Assembly: GCA_000708835.1 (NCBI GenBank)
Contig: DF237277.1
Location: 37,949-101,948 of the forward strand
Length of the DNA stretch: 64,000 bases
Direction: 5' to 3'
From: Klebsormidium nitens
Taxonomy: Eukaryota; Plantae; Klebsormidiophyceae
The notes under the pieces were generated by a model that saw only the letters and a program-made list of their open reading frames with translations, searched no databases and had not been told where the DNA came from. Each line of letters begins with the position of its first letter. Position 1 is the stretch's first letter. The position numbers and the translations under genes were made by a program. Positions 1 through 13,134 of this stretch are shown piece by piece.

Positions 1-89
1 GCCATTGGGCGCGCATCGGCCATGCATGCTTGATTATTTGAGAATAGCTGTCCAAAGAAAATAGTCTGGGGCAGAGATCTTTAATGCAG

Positions 90-279
90 CCTGATGCATC
101 ACACTTCTTCAGTCCTGGGCAACATCAGATGCACTTTTGAGTGGCAGGTGTGGCACATATTGATATCCATTACGTTGACCGCACCCTGATGCATCACACT
201 TCTTCAGTCCTGGGCAACATCAGATGCACTTTTGAGTGGCAGGCGTGGCACATATTGATATCCATTACGTTGACCGCAC
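90..279. repeat. 95-bp tandem duplication (2 copies, 90-184 and 185-279)
   Basis: CCTGATGCATCACACTTC...TTGACCGCAC occurs twice back to back with 1 mismatch (AGGTGTGG vs AGGCGTGG). It ends immediately before the AG acceptor at 280-281. Confidence 0.95.
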
Positions 280-281
280 AG

Positions 282-2476
282 GTGAGCGGAGTCCAAACAA
301 CCTTGGCGGTGTCAATTACGCGACGCGGTGTCGGTCTCCACTCTGGTGTAGAGTCTATCGTTACCTTGTTACCAGCTCCAGCAGGAACTGGAAGGAGCTT
401 CATTGTTGAAGGCTCCAATCAGTCGTCACAGGAGGTAAGCCTGAACCTTCTTATGCTTGAAGAGTTCCCACCTGCTTGTTTCAGACTCGACTTCCAGCCC
501 TTTTTTCTAGAAGTACTGGTTGAGATTTCTGAAAACATGAAGGTCAAGCCAAATGAGATGTTACTTGGATCAAAGCTGGACTTATCTCAAGTTGGACTCA
601 TCTCATTACCATGAGAAAAAGTAAGGATTCTCGTTTGTGATTTGTAGTCCATCGCTTGCTTGTAAAAGCGGGTCAAGGTCTGTTCAGGAGAGTCCTTACA
701 AAAGGACTTGTCGCAGGCTCTGCCTCACGTCGGTACACGGAAACTTAATCATGAAGTTGCATTGTTGCATCTCAAAGAGCATCAGAGAAAACTTATCACT
801 GAACCAATTGCAGATACCTGCACACGTTGATTACGTCTCTGACACACGCTTGAGCACCGCAGTACGAGCAGGAGACTGCACGGTCCAGACAGTCGAACAC
901 CTTCTATCAGCGCTGCAAGGTCTTGGCGTGCACAATGTCAGAGTTCAAATGACCGGGGGTAATGAGGTGAGGCACGGTTCCTATGGTCATTGGTGGCCCG
1001 TAGAGCTGAGGAAATTTCAATATTTCATTGTCTCTAGTGCGCTTATACATACGATCCATGTCTTTTCCTGATCTGGCGCGAAAAGAGGAGAAGCAACTTG
1101 ACGAATGCATCTGCTCTAACATGGATGCCGGTGCTTACGGATGCTTCCATTAGGCCTCACGAATATGTCCAATTCGTCCCCTTCTGTATCCCAACCTTCG
1201 CTGCGTGTAAATCCAGGTCAACAAAGTCACCCTTTCTTGGCATGGACTGTCTGGAACGCGGTGCAGAAGTTGCGCTGGAAACCTTGTAGAAGCCGGGGCC
1301 CTGCAGCTTCTCACCGCGAGCTCTAAAGAGGCATCAGTTCATCAAGGAAGTCCAACAAATTGCCTTCAATCTGCTCTGTCGATAGATTCCCCTTCTGGAC
1401 GGTTCTGCTTCGGGCTGGGTGGCCGCCTGCAAAGAGGCGGGGATCGTGCCAGCTGTGGACGGGAACGGAAAGCACGTCGAACGGCGCTCCAGGACACTGA
1501 AAGAGGTGGTCACGGTCCGTGAGGGCGACGCCTGGGTGGCCGGCTTTCCATCTGCTAGGCCGATGCTCACCTACGGTATCCACTTTCCTCAGGTACGTTT
1601 CTCCAAGCCTTGTGCTTCACCTTGAACTCGAGTCGCTCGACATGATCGTTCGAAGCAGACCTTGCCGGGTCCAACACGCGAATGACCCAGAATAGAGTGA
1701 ACGCTTGCTGTCAAGACTTGCCTGATTTCTGTTCTTGGGTATGTAAAAACGTGGACGAACGCTCCGTTTGCTAGAAGGATGAGGAGCCAACCGGTTATTT
1801 TGAAGTGCAGACCTCAAATGACTGCTCTCTAAAGTTGACTTCTTAGAGGACTGTGCCGAAAAACTTACACACGAGCCTGATAGACGGGTGCGACAATTCG
1901 GGTGCTTTGTAACGAGCTTCCGACGGTGCTGGTTATCCTCCAAGAACAGCCGTGAAGGGTCTTATTTATACATTTGGTCCTCGCTTTGTCTTGGCTCCCG
2001 GGCAGTTGTGCTTCGACGCCTGGTTCGATAGTGCAACTTCTGGAGACGCAAATGCACGCTCCTTGCTTTCTTTTTCGCCACGCTTGCCTTTTGCCCTTCT
2101 TCAGGTCCCTGCCATCGGTGGACCTCACTGGTATACTTACACACCGGAAGAGGGACCAGGAACAAGCTTCGAGAACGACGTTGCCCCAGCCCGTACTTTT
2201 GGAGTGTTCGAGCAGTTTGAACAGCTGCGTGTCGCGGGGTTGATCAAGGGCGGCTCGCTCGAAAATGCGCTGGTGTGCAGCATCTCGAAGGGCTGGTTGA
2301 ATCCTCCGTTGAGGTTCCCAAACGAGCCATGTCGACACAAACTCCTCGATCTGATTGGGGACCTCGCTCTTGCAGAAGTAGACGGATCAGGTTTTCCTAA
2401 TGCTCATGTAGTTGCATACAAGGCCAGCCACACCCTCCATGTGAAGTTTGCCAAGGCCTTACTTCAAAAAATGTAA
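282..2476 (+). CDS. lpxC: UDP-3-O-acyl-N-acetylglucosamine deacetylase (LpxC), 5' partial, spliced
   Basis: Exons 282-434, 814-966, 1386-1592, 2105-2476, all GT-AG and phase 0. Motifs: GVGLHSG, TVEHLLSAL, IPLLDGSA, APARTFG, GLIKGGSLENA, NEPCRHKLLDLIGDLAL. The start codon and targeting exon were not located. Confidence 0.95.
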
Positions 2477-2511
2477 GAGATTATATATTAGCTTGACAAG
2501 AAGGCACAAAT

Positions 2512-3419
2512 CTAGGTTGAGACGGGCATATGCGTCTGCAATTTTTGAAGTAGTAAGCTCATTTTAGAGAAGTAGAAGTGAGGTGCCATCGCAAGATATT
2601 GCTGCATGCCCGCTGCATGCTCTTTCAGGCGCTGCAGCGCTGCATGTGCTTTAGGAAACACAATTGCAAGCTCGAAGTAGCCGGGTTCAAGCTGTCGGCC
2701 CTGAATCGGGGCAGAGTTTACCTCAATCTTCGCATGTATATCCTCAACCTCCAGTATGTCAGTAGCTAACTTAAGGTCAGTAGGTGGCAGCTTGCCAATT
2801 GGCAAGCAGGCGCACGCAGCTGGGAATTAGGCAACTCAAGTCGAAGCCTTTCTCAGTAGTGCTGCCATAGCTGCTACAAATCTTAACAATGGCGGCTTCG
2901 AGGATGGAAATGCTGCAGTTGGCCGGAAATTTGCGCAGCTTAGCAGTTAGCGCGACTGACATCAGCGCTTCTTGCTGACGCTGACAGGATCAACTGTGCG
3001 AGCACCCGCCTCGCCACGGTGTCGTCCACGTGCTAGTTTAAAGGACGCTTGTTGGATGATCGAACCACGTGATTACGGAAGGCGTGATGCATGTAAATCC
3101 AGGCTAACCATATGCTATGTTGCATTGTTTCTCGTATATGGATCTGGATCTGCCCAAAAACCTCAGGTACGTCGTCCAGATGGGAAATTATCCACATCGG
3201 ACGGTTAGAACTTTGCACGTGGCTTTGCAATCCGCAATGACCTTTCCACGTATACTCCCGGAAGCTGTCGATCTGGAATTGCCAATTGATTGGCAGACCA
3301 GACTGCCCGAGGCACAGTAGGCCTACGTGGTGCCAGACGCCAGATTGGCACAAGGGTGGAACTGTGGAAGGGCGGTCGAAGATTCCAGTTCCCATCTTCT
3401 TGTATGTGCGTGGCGCCAA
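2512..3419 (-). CDS. Putative small spliced gene, product unknown
   Basis: Exon-like blocks with AG/GT borders (ISILEAAIVKICSSYG; ATDILEVEDIHAKIE then GTAAAC; AHAALQRLKEHAAGMQQYLAMAPHFYFSKMSLLLQKLQ...stop 2512). The 5' exons are uncertain and I recognise no family. Confidence 0.3.
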
Positions 3420-3571
3420 TCCTATCTTGCTTTTAGCAGGAGCAATACTAATCTTAGAGAGCCAGAAGGCATTGTATCATGTGTGTAGCAATTTGAAGGT
3501 GGGGCCCTTCCAAGAGGAAGACCAAAAGATTCTGCGGAGGCTGCTTGAGCTGGTTTGCTTGAGACCAAGAG

Positions 3572-6500
3572 ATGAAGGCCAAGAGGAAGCCTTCCGGAGT
3601 TAAGTCGGGGAATGCTGCAAATGGGAAAACAGGCCTGCAGAATGGGAACGACACCTCTCCAGGAGGGCCTTCTTTGCTTGCCCTTGATAAAAGAAAAAAT
3701 GGTTCTGGAACTGAGGCTGGGGCTGGAGTTGACGGAAAGGTGGAGGAAGGTGAGTACGCAGCGTCCACATTCATTCCCGTTCTGGCCCATGGAATGTGCC
3801 CTGTCCTGGAGCCGCTTGCATTCATTTCAACTGAGCTCCTATGCCTCAAAATGCAGCAAATGCAGGTCAATCATGAATGGATTAAACACCGCGCAACAGT
3901 CAACGACTGCCCCAAAAACTACTCCAGTGAAACAATTGTGCTCCAGAAACATCGTCTTCGTAAAAGAATGCTTCATAACAATGCCAGGGGCGCTGCTTCT
4001 TCTTCTGGTGGCGACCTTCTGTTTACTCTTCCAGAAAGGCAGAAGGAATGTACTTCACAGGGTTTTGTGACAGTCGTTCTTCTTTGAAAGCTCCTGCCAG
4101 GACCTCCTGTGTTTGAGAGTGTCCTCGCAGTTTGAGCATGTCCGCTTGAAAAACTCTTTTGCATTGTGGTCTGCCTTGAAAATCTATTGCATTGCCTTCT
4201 GAGGAGTCTGACTTCGCCTCGTCATTGGGTCGAAATGACTTTGCATAGTCGCGAAGAACACATGTTGCGGAGGCTGCTGTCCAGTCAGATTACAAGGAAT
4301 GTAGACTGCTGATTGCCACAAACTGTCCGGCAGCAATTTTCACCACTGCTGAAGGTTTCGTATACTTACTGTCCGTTAAGTTTAATTTCATTCCCTGAAT
4401 ATTACGGCCCCATCATTCACAGAAAAGAATGTGGCAAACCGTATTTTTCATTGATTTCCTAAACCATCCACCAGGCCAGCTTACATAGGGTGACTGCCGC
4501 AGCAGTTCCAAAAAGTTAAGATGACAGTTTAGAAGTGATTGCCACCGGTGGTGCTCCTACTTAAAAAACAAGGTCAGTGTTGGACATGGTCAAGAATGAC
4601 CAACCGAGGCCTGCACTTCTAGGACACACCCAGCTACGCCAGCTAAGCTTTCTACACGTGACCAAGGGAATGTGTCCCTTTGAATATGGTGACATTGCTG
4701 ACAACATCGCTCTCAATTCCTGCAGCACCAACAACATTGGCTAGCCTGCTTAAGGAGCTCGAAACACAGTCAATGCGACCGCACGATGCATTTGGAAACC
4801 CATTAGATGGTACAACAGCCTTGGAAAGCGCCAGAAAGCTCCACGACATTGTTTCCAAGGTAAGGGTTTCTTTTGGCAGCCTGCCCAGCATGCCCTACCA
4901 ATCTATCGCAAACATCAAATTAGCTTGTGAGGCCCGAATTGCTCCCTCATAGTAGATTGAAACGTGCCTCCGGAGGATGCAGACTGATTAAGTTGAAAGT
5001 TGCTCCTTGCAGAACCAGACATCTCCTCCGTTTCATTGTTGATGCTTTGCACTATTCAAGAGTTGAGCGCTGATTCATTGCATTTCAGTTGCTGTGCGAC
5101 ATTCGTGCGTGCTTCCCTTACCCACTTTGAAACTTTTGTGATACAGATCAGCGAAATAGAGAAGCAAGTGGTGCACCCAAAGGAAAAGCAGCGGACACCA
5201 GAGAAGCGGCTGCAAATACTGAAGCAATGGCTCGAGGACAAGGGCGTTACGGTAGGGGAGATGTGACTCCCTTCTTTGTCGTAAACGCAGTTTGTGTGAT
5301 ACGACCATCTTCCAACTTTTCAAGGAGCATTGGGCTTATATCATGCATTTAAATAAAAGGCCGGAAATTCAGGTTATGAGAGCGACACATGACACAGTTC
5401 CGTTGTTTGTAGAAGTAGATAAGGAACACGGCAGTCTGCTGACAGGCTCCAAAACCTCAGGACTCAGTGTTCCTGTTTTCAAACCCAGCGTTCGACTTGT
5501 GAGATGACACTGCAACCAGATGTGCACTCCCTGGAGGGTTCATTCGCTGCCAAGGAACTCTCGCATCCGGGACAAAGAAGAACTGGACAGAAAAACCAGC
5601 AGTTCGAAGGGCCGTAATCAGACTCCTTAGCACCTTCATAATATGCCCTAACTCCTCCTCTAACCTCCAGCTATCCCCACCGTGCCGCTTGGGGCAGCAA
5701 TGGGGTGAAACTTATTATGTTCGTACACGTTGGCAAAGTAGATTAGAGACTTCTCCCCTGTCCCACTCAGTTGGACGGCGTCGAGTTCCGGAGTAATCTG
5801 CGGGAGGGCTGTGGGGTGGTCGCCACGAGAAACTTCCAGGAGGGCGAGCTCATCTTCACGGTTCCGGAGGGCATCATGATGTCACAGCTGACGGCGGCCG
5901 CTGCCAAGAAGGACTGCGCGGTGCTCATCCAGGCAAGCGGCCTGGTGCAAGAGCTGGGGTCGCTGCAGCTGGCACTGCACCTGCTATTTGAGAAGGTGAG
6001 ATGCTGAAACGTTCAATTTAAAAGGCCCTACAAGGTAGCGCTATTACAGGTTTTGAAGAACGGGGGGCAAGCAGGCTCGGCAAGTTGTTTGCAGGGCATC
6101 TGCTTAGTTCTGAAGAGCTAGCGTGCGCGGGGCCGCGGACCAAGCCAGAGTGGAAAACAGAAGAGTACTTCTAAGACTCAGAGTGTGGCTTCTGGAACTT
6201 CAGACGCCAGTGCAGAAAGGAAGGACCATGGGTGGACCGTCACCTGTATGAAGCAACTTCCTTGCTGGCGGCGATTGCAACCTTCCAGCATTGCTCTCCA
6301 ATCGCGGGTGCTCGATGATTATACTCTCGGTTTTAGGGCAGCGAGCTTATACTTCGAAGTTGTTTTGCAAGCCCCGGTGAATGTCCTGCACCTAGCTGGA
6401 CTCTTTTCCACAAAGAAAACAAATGCTTCGGTGGAATGAGATCTTGCAGGTTTTGAATTGACAAATTGGATACGGATGTAAGTTATCAGTGTTGACGTCC

Positions 6501-9500
6501 GAACTTCTTTCTGTGCTCGCTGCAGCACCGGCCGTCGAGTGACCCCTCTCCCTGGAAGGGCTACATTGAGTCATTGCCCGGACTGGACGATGGTTACTTC
6601 TTGCCACTAGGTTACAGGTAGGCGTCGCATGATGCATCACCTCCTAGCAGTGGCATCATTTTCACATTGATTGGATGTTACTTAGGGAACTGAAAGGCAG
6701 GTGATCAGGGCAGCAATCACCTAATCCTGTAAAACCAGGGCCGGCATTCAAAACCGGCTCAAGGATGATGACAGGAGCTCTGTTTGATTCTTTGTTAACG
6801 CACTAACCCGATCTTGTCAAGGAACTTAAAGCCGAGGAACTCGTCTAAGAGAGGCGCTTGCCTTTGCCTGGGAATCTAGGTTTGGTGCCCTGTCAAGCCA
6901 TTGATCTGCAGGACTTTCTGTTCGAAGTACTGCTTGTCGAAGTCAAACGTTGTCGGGAAGGGACTCTCTGTTGTCTGTAAGATGCGAACGGGTCTCCTTC
7001 TCCGCGAAAATCCAATTCTCAAATATTGTGGCCTTCGCATGCAGCATTGAGACCCTGGAAAAGCTGGACGGAACACAGGTGAGGAGCGCTGTTTCCGCTG
7101 TCCACTCCGTTCTGCAAGTGGTGCACCCCTTGGCACTTGGGATCGTCCGAGTCGTACTAAGCCCAAGTCTGGTTGATAGACTTACCAAGTAGCAGACTAA
7201 CCGAAAGACATTTTAAGCGATCTCGGCTTACGTACTTGGTCACCGGACTTGCTGGGATTGTGCACTGGCTCTGTCCCGCTTTCCTGCTGGCTTCTAGCAC
7301 GTGTTGAAAAGTAACTCAAAGCGTAGAACCATCGATTCAAAGTCTGAGAAGGTCAGAGCGGTTCGAAGCTTGAGGCATCCTTGGGATTGCTCGTAAACTT
7401 TGGAAAGTGACGGCTCATCACAGCTTCGAATGAAGATCTCTTTGTAGGTTTTGAGCAATAATATCGCTATAATCTGCAGGCCCTGTACGACATCTACCGC
7501 AATCTCCGCAACTTCGTACGGCAGTATGTCCAGTGTCGGAGCCTTCTTGCGAGCTTCGGACATTACTCGCCAGCCATCGCACGTGCCAACCAGTGGTTCT
7601 GCTACTCTGAGTGGCTCTGGGCGGTCTCGGTAAGCATCCCCCTCCTTCTGTCGGCTGACGGACTTAGCTTACCCGGGCCATTCATCCGAAGTTGTTGACG
7701 GTTTCCATGACTCTCTTGTTCTCCCTTCTCAAAGATTGTCTCTTCTGACACTGAGGAACAAGATGCCTGCTAACTGAATGCGAAAATCAGTTCGGATAAA
7801 CGGGGTCGGCCTTGGTACAACGCTATTTAGCTACTGTCTTCTGCTGCTGATTCCATTGTCTGGGTGCCTGAGCTCACATGGTGCCACGTGTCTCCAGATC
7901 GTGTTGGTGCGGCAAAACAACCTGCCGCACGCGGTTCAGGGGGCCAGCAAAATGTCCCACATCGTCGCGCTCATTCCTGCCATGGACTCCGTCAACCACG
8001 AGGTGAGATTCCTACTTACCCATCATTCCTACTTCTTTTTCTTCGTACGGGTCGTGTATCTTGTGTGCTTCTCTTATCTTGCCAATACTAAGATCCAATT
8101 CGGGATTGAGTCGTGGAAGCGGACCCAGCGACAGGAGCTGTGCTACTGTATTCTCAGTCTGTCTCTCTTCCGCGAATACAAGGAAAATCATATCCCTGAG
8201 TCGCACTTTCTAGATTGACTTGCCAGCCGACTTCGGGATTGGAACGAATTCGAAGACTCAGTGGGAGAGGAGCACCCTAAGCCAATCTTGTCCGCGTAAT
8301 GGCATCTCAGCCCGCCGCAGAAGGAGTTTGTGACATAACATAACATCTCTCGCATCTGAAATACTTTCAAGAACAGAAGCGAAAGCGTTTCTTGAGGTTC
8401 GTTCATTTACAGCTCTTTCATTCCGTATGCCGTGCTTGTAATGAATCGTTGTTATCAGCATTCCGCACCTCAAGTTTGTTTATCTTGGCAGTATAATCGT
8501 ATTCGGGGCGTTGCCCAGTTTCGCTCTCTGCCACAGAAACAAAGGTATCGCTAGACCGGTTGCAGACTCTGCCGTTGCGACTGTTGCAACGAGAAGAGCA
8601 AAAGTCGTGACCCAGTATTAACTCCAAGCACGCAGAGAACACCGTAGATCTAGATTGACTGCAATGAGCGTAAGGTCAGCTGAAGCTGGGCGATGGTTGT
8701 TTGCAGCCGGGCCCGATCACCGCCAACTTCGACTTCGGGCAGAAGCGGATGGAGCTGACGGCCAAGCGGGACTTCAAAGCGGGCGAGCAGGTAAGTAGAT
8801 TGTGTAGACTTTGGCTCCTCACTTGTAACTTGAAGTCTGCCTCTTCGTTCAATTGTTGCATTCACTTATCTCGTCTGATGAAACGCCTGGCTTAGTAAAG
8901 GTGGGCTGACGGTTCATCGTCGGTATACCTGTGGTGTCACCATCTTTCACTAGTCTCTTTTCAACCCACACTATCAAGGATGCATCGTAATATCGTTCTA
9001 TCCGTTGGTGTAACATTCTATACTGTCCATATACCTCTTGCCTCAGCCTCTTTCACAGATTTCCTTCTCACTTCAAGTGCAGTATTGCCCGGCCAACAGT
9101 TCTCCGGTCGCCCTGATCAACAGCCTTGTCTTACGTTGCACCCCGCACGTTGATGCAGATCTACTTCTCGTATGGGTTTCGCCCTGCCAGCCAACTCTTT
9201 TTGTACAACGGGTTCGTGCCAGCGGAGCTGTCCCCTGGGGACCGGATAAAGTAGGATTCCTTGCTCCGGCCTTGGGCCATCTCCTTGTGCAGTTGATGTT
9301 TCGACAGAATGGCTACCAGCTTGTTGCACTGTCTGTGCACGCGATGCATCGTTTGGTGCCTGCTTTTCTGTGTGGCATTGACGCCAGCGCTCGGGAGCAA
9401 CCCTGGAAGCGACGGCTTCCGTTCTTTTTGTTGGGCAAGCTCGCCAGCAAGCTTCGTGGCGCGCAATTGCGGTCCATCTCTCTTGCTTCAGTCCACACTT

Positions 9501-12177
9501 TCTTGCTAGTCGCTACGAATGTCCCGGGAAGAAGTATTTGCTCAGCAAAATCCGATTCGACATGTTCTTAATGAATCCAGTTTTCCGCTCTTGCCGCAGG
9601 GTTCCTGTAAGTCTGCCAAAGTCCGACCCACTCTACAAGAAAAAGGTGAGACAATCCATGGACGGTTCGCTTCTCGTGAGCAACTGGACGCTTGTCGGAG
9701 CCCATCACCCCTCGGTTGACTCTTCGTGTACTGGCTAGGTTTGATCCTCCTGTAGGCTGTCGTTCCCTTCTTAACTCCTCGGCTGATCCTCCGTCAACCC
9801 CTTCCTAAACCGCTTTCTTTAATCCTTCGGCTAACTCCGATCATCAACCCCTCCGTTTCCATATACCCCTGCGTAAACCCCCGCTAACCCTCGGTGCCAG
9901 GCGGCCCTGCTGAAGCTGCTGGAGGTGCCGACGGACGGCCTGTTGGATCTGATGGCGGATGGCCGCCCCGGCCGCGCGCTGACCATCTGGGTTAGGGTAA
10001 CAGCATTCACGGAAGAAGCGGACGTGGTGGAACACCTGCGGCTCATCATCGAGCAGAACACGCAGGCGCTGCGCGCACAGCAGGAGGTGCGGGTCCTTGT
10101 ATCTTATATGCGTTCGCTCGTGCACATGTGTATGCGCTCAAAAGAATGCGTCAGCGGGATTGCCTCGGCATAGTCTGTAAACATTGGCATTTTGTGATAT
10201 TCAACGGAGCCCACCGACGAGGCCAGACTCATCCTTCACTTCATCAGATTATCTCCCCCTCTCTTGAAAGGAGATGAAGTCTGAGCCGGCCTCGTTTGCC
10301 AGGCCATGATTTTTACGTGAAAAGGTCACGTATCCCTGCCACCTCTCTTCTGTATCTTCCGATTTTGATTTTCAGAAACGGTCGGCCGTCTGAGAAGCGC
10401 TCCGCTCAACCGACTCAGTGAAGCAAGTCGTTCGCTTCCGCTTGAGGATAGGTAGCGAATCCGACGTCGAATTTCGTGGTTCTCATATTTACGAGCGGTT
10501 GCAGGCGGCGCTGGAACGGAAGGGAAGCGGAAACGGAATTCCGACGACCAACGACGGAACCAGCGAAGGTGCCAAGGGTGGGGCTGACAGTGCACAAGAA
10601 GGAGGCGTACAGGAGAACGAGGTTCGAGGGAATGGAAAGACGAAACCGGAACAGGAGAACGGAACACAGGCTGGGGGAGAGGCGGAGAACGGAGCGACAG
10701 AGGACCTAGCAGACAGCGAAACTGGTGAGACAAGTTTTCGACGTCGGTTAAGAGATTTGACGGCTTTCAAGAAGTGCTTGCGTGACATAAGTTGTAAGAG
10801 TAGCGAGAGCGACGGAGGTGTCTGGTCATCGGACCCATACCGCAAAAAATTGTATTTCCGTCTGCCGTATAGCGCCTGTCCCCGATTTTGGAGCTAATGC
10901 ACTGCGCTGTGCTTGTAGAAAGACGCGTCACCAGAGTGCTCGAATCAGGCCCGACAGCAGTATTTTAGTGTTTTGTCACCTCCTCGGTAGCCTCGTGCTT
11001 TGCCTTGGGCGTAAAGAATGGCCCAAGAGCCTCAGCAGACGCTAGCTCTCGACTTTCCACAGTTCATCTACACGCGATCAGAGAGTTGGCAAAGTACGCG
11101 TAGAACGGCTCAAAGCTGCAAAGCTTTGCTTCTTCTTGAGGCACTTCTTGCAATAGGAACAATCGATCTCCGATTTGTAAAACTTTCTCAACACTTTCTT
11201 GAACGAACCGTCTAATTGTCAAGCAGTCTAATACAAAGTTTACGTCACCTCTGACTTGCTACTTTTGTGCAGCGGAGGACGTGGATCCGTCTCAGAGCGC
11301 GGAGCTCCAGCCGCGGGAGGCGGCCATTTTGGTGTCCCTCATCGAGCAGACCCTGGAGCGGTACCCCGACGTGCAAGCGATCGAGGCGGCGGCGCAAGGA
11401 GACACCCCGTCCGAGGGCGGCGAAAAAGCCGGGCCCGCTTCCGAGGGGCCTGCAGCATCGCTCGTGGGGGGTGTGCAAGGGCTGGGCTTAGGGCTGAAGG
11501 ACCCCCTCGGGAAAGGCAAGAAGCAAGGTGGGAAAGGCGACCGGAGCTGCCGTCAGGACCTGGCAACTACTGTTTTGCTTTGGGAGCTGTGCTGCTATCA
11601 GGGTATTTTTTTGCAAAAGGCCTTGTTTTTGCTCTCCTTTGGAAAGGGGGAGAGCCTTATACTAAGGAGAGGGTCGTTTGGGTTGCCGATGAGGCGCTGT
11701 GGCGCTAATGTTCAGTGTGCTTGTGAGAGGGAGATGCCGCCAGCATATGCGTCACCACTGCTTTTAAATAAAGTATTTAGATTGAAATGTTGTATGGAAG
11801 TCTCGATGGATTTTTGCACTGGCTGTGCTGGTTTGCTGTGCTCCTTTCCTACAGCGCAAGTGGAAGAGAATACCACATTGACGAAAGGTTGCACGAATAC
11901 GCTTCTATTTGTACGTTTCTGTGCCTTGGGTTTCAGCTCGCCGTTTAAGCCCGGCATTCGCTTTGCAGAATTAGACATCCGTAGCGTCATTCGAAAGAGG
12001 GAGCTGACGACGTCCGCAGCGATGGTGAAGCTGGAACGTCTCATGCTCAGTCGGGGCGCTGAGAGGCTGCGATCAGTAACCCACGACACTGCGGGTACGG
12101 ATATCAAGTCGCAGGGCCAGAAGAGAATAGGAACAGAAAATGGGCATGGAGGCAGTAAAGAGAAACAAAGAACGTAA
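3572..12177 (+). CDS. SETD3: SETD3-like SET-domain methyltransferase with C-terminal Rubisco-LSMT substrate-binding domain
   Basis: 15 phase-compatible GT-AG exons: 3572-3749, 4726-4859, 5147-5251, 5771-5995, 6526-6617, 7045-7078, 7480-7629, 7898-8002, 8707-8790, 9159-9250, 9600-9645, 9901-10086, 10505-10724, 11273-11527, 11969-12177. Motifs WLWAVS-IVLVRQNNLP, ALIPAMDSVNH, AKRDFKAGEQ-IYFSYG and RVTAFTEE..VEHL are collinear with animal SETD3 as I recall it. Confidence 0.88.
9741..9895 (+). repeat. Degenerate ~11-12-nt tandem repeat (YTRAYYCC-like) in intron
   Basis: TTGATCC, TTAACTCC, CTGATCC, TCAACCCC, CTAAACC, TTAATCC, CTAACTCC, TCAACCCC, GTAAACCCC, CTAACCC recur just upstream of the acceptor at 9899-9900. 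Confidence 0.6.
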
Positions 12178-13134
12178 GGGAGAACGTCAGACCTGTACGC
12201 CCCCGTCTGAGGGCAACCCGGCCTGTTGAGTGTTTGTGCAACGATTAATCAGGTACAATTTTATGGGCGAGCCCAGACTTTAGAGAGAAACGAAGGACGT
12301 CAACATTTCGTTGCGGTACAGTTTCGGAGGAGGTCATTACTTAATGAGTAGGAAAGTCAATTTCAAGTAGAGTTGATCCGCGTTTTCCAGAGGCACAGTC
12401 TGACTTTCTCGGACGACGGGCTTAACACTGTGCCGTTGGCCAACTATTGTACGCCACGTATCAACTATACTGATGGCGGCCCTCAAAGACACTGTACTAG
12501 GACGCTAAATTGTCCGTTGATATATCGGCCATGCACGTACACTTTGAAGCGCGCCAGCTCCAAATAGCTTCACGTTTCGTCACAATGATCCTTAAAACTG
12601 TCTGGAATCCAAGCCTGAGTCAATTAAGAACTGTCCTCATTAAAGAATCATCATGCATAGTATATGGCGATTGTACCTGTGTGTGCCTGGCGAGACCATT
12701 CAATGCATATTCATCCGGTTAGTGAGTGCCACCATTGACGTTGGTGAAACTGGTTGGATCCTGGCTTTGCACCGTCACGAGATGCATATGCATGATTGAA
12801 AACTTCCAAGTCCAACCTGTGATTAAATGCTGCATCATGACCGCCAGAGGAATTGCTCTGATCGAGCTACCAGCCAATGATCTAAAACAGGACTCTTGAC
12901 AGAGACGCCCCTGCATGGCCGGCGCCTAAACGGGCATGTCATATCATGCAACGCCGGTGCTGATCGACCTTGAAAGCTGTTCTATCATGCAAGCAGCTAT
13001 TCCTATAAAAGTTAGATGCCTGGCCGGTAGCTGAATCGATGCCAGACGTTGCTTTGCCATGCAGAATCCCGTGACCCTTATCACAAGCGATCACTCTCGA
13101 GGCTTTGCACTCAAGCTCCTCATGATTTCGGCAA

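Noticed and set aside
2790-2807. Perfect 18-bp palindrome GCTTGCCAATTGGCAAGC
   Set aside because: About 0.2 are expected by chance in 64 kb (64000/4^9), and there is no supporting context.
12526-12921. 10-bp inverted repeat CGGCCATGCA/TGCATGGCCG, with ATCATGCA-rich sequence and faint similarity to 63900-63970
   Set aside because: No TSD, matches are too short, and spacing is inconsistent between the sites, so I cannot call a MITE.
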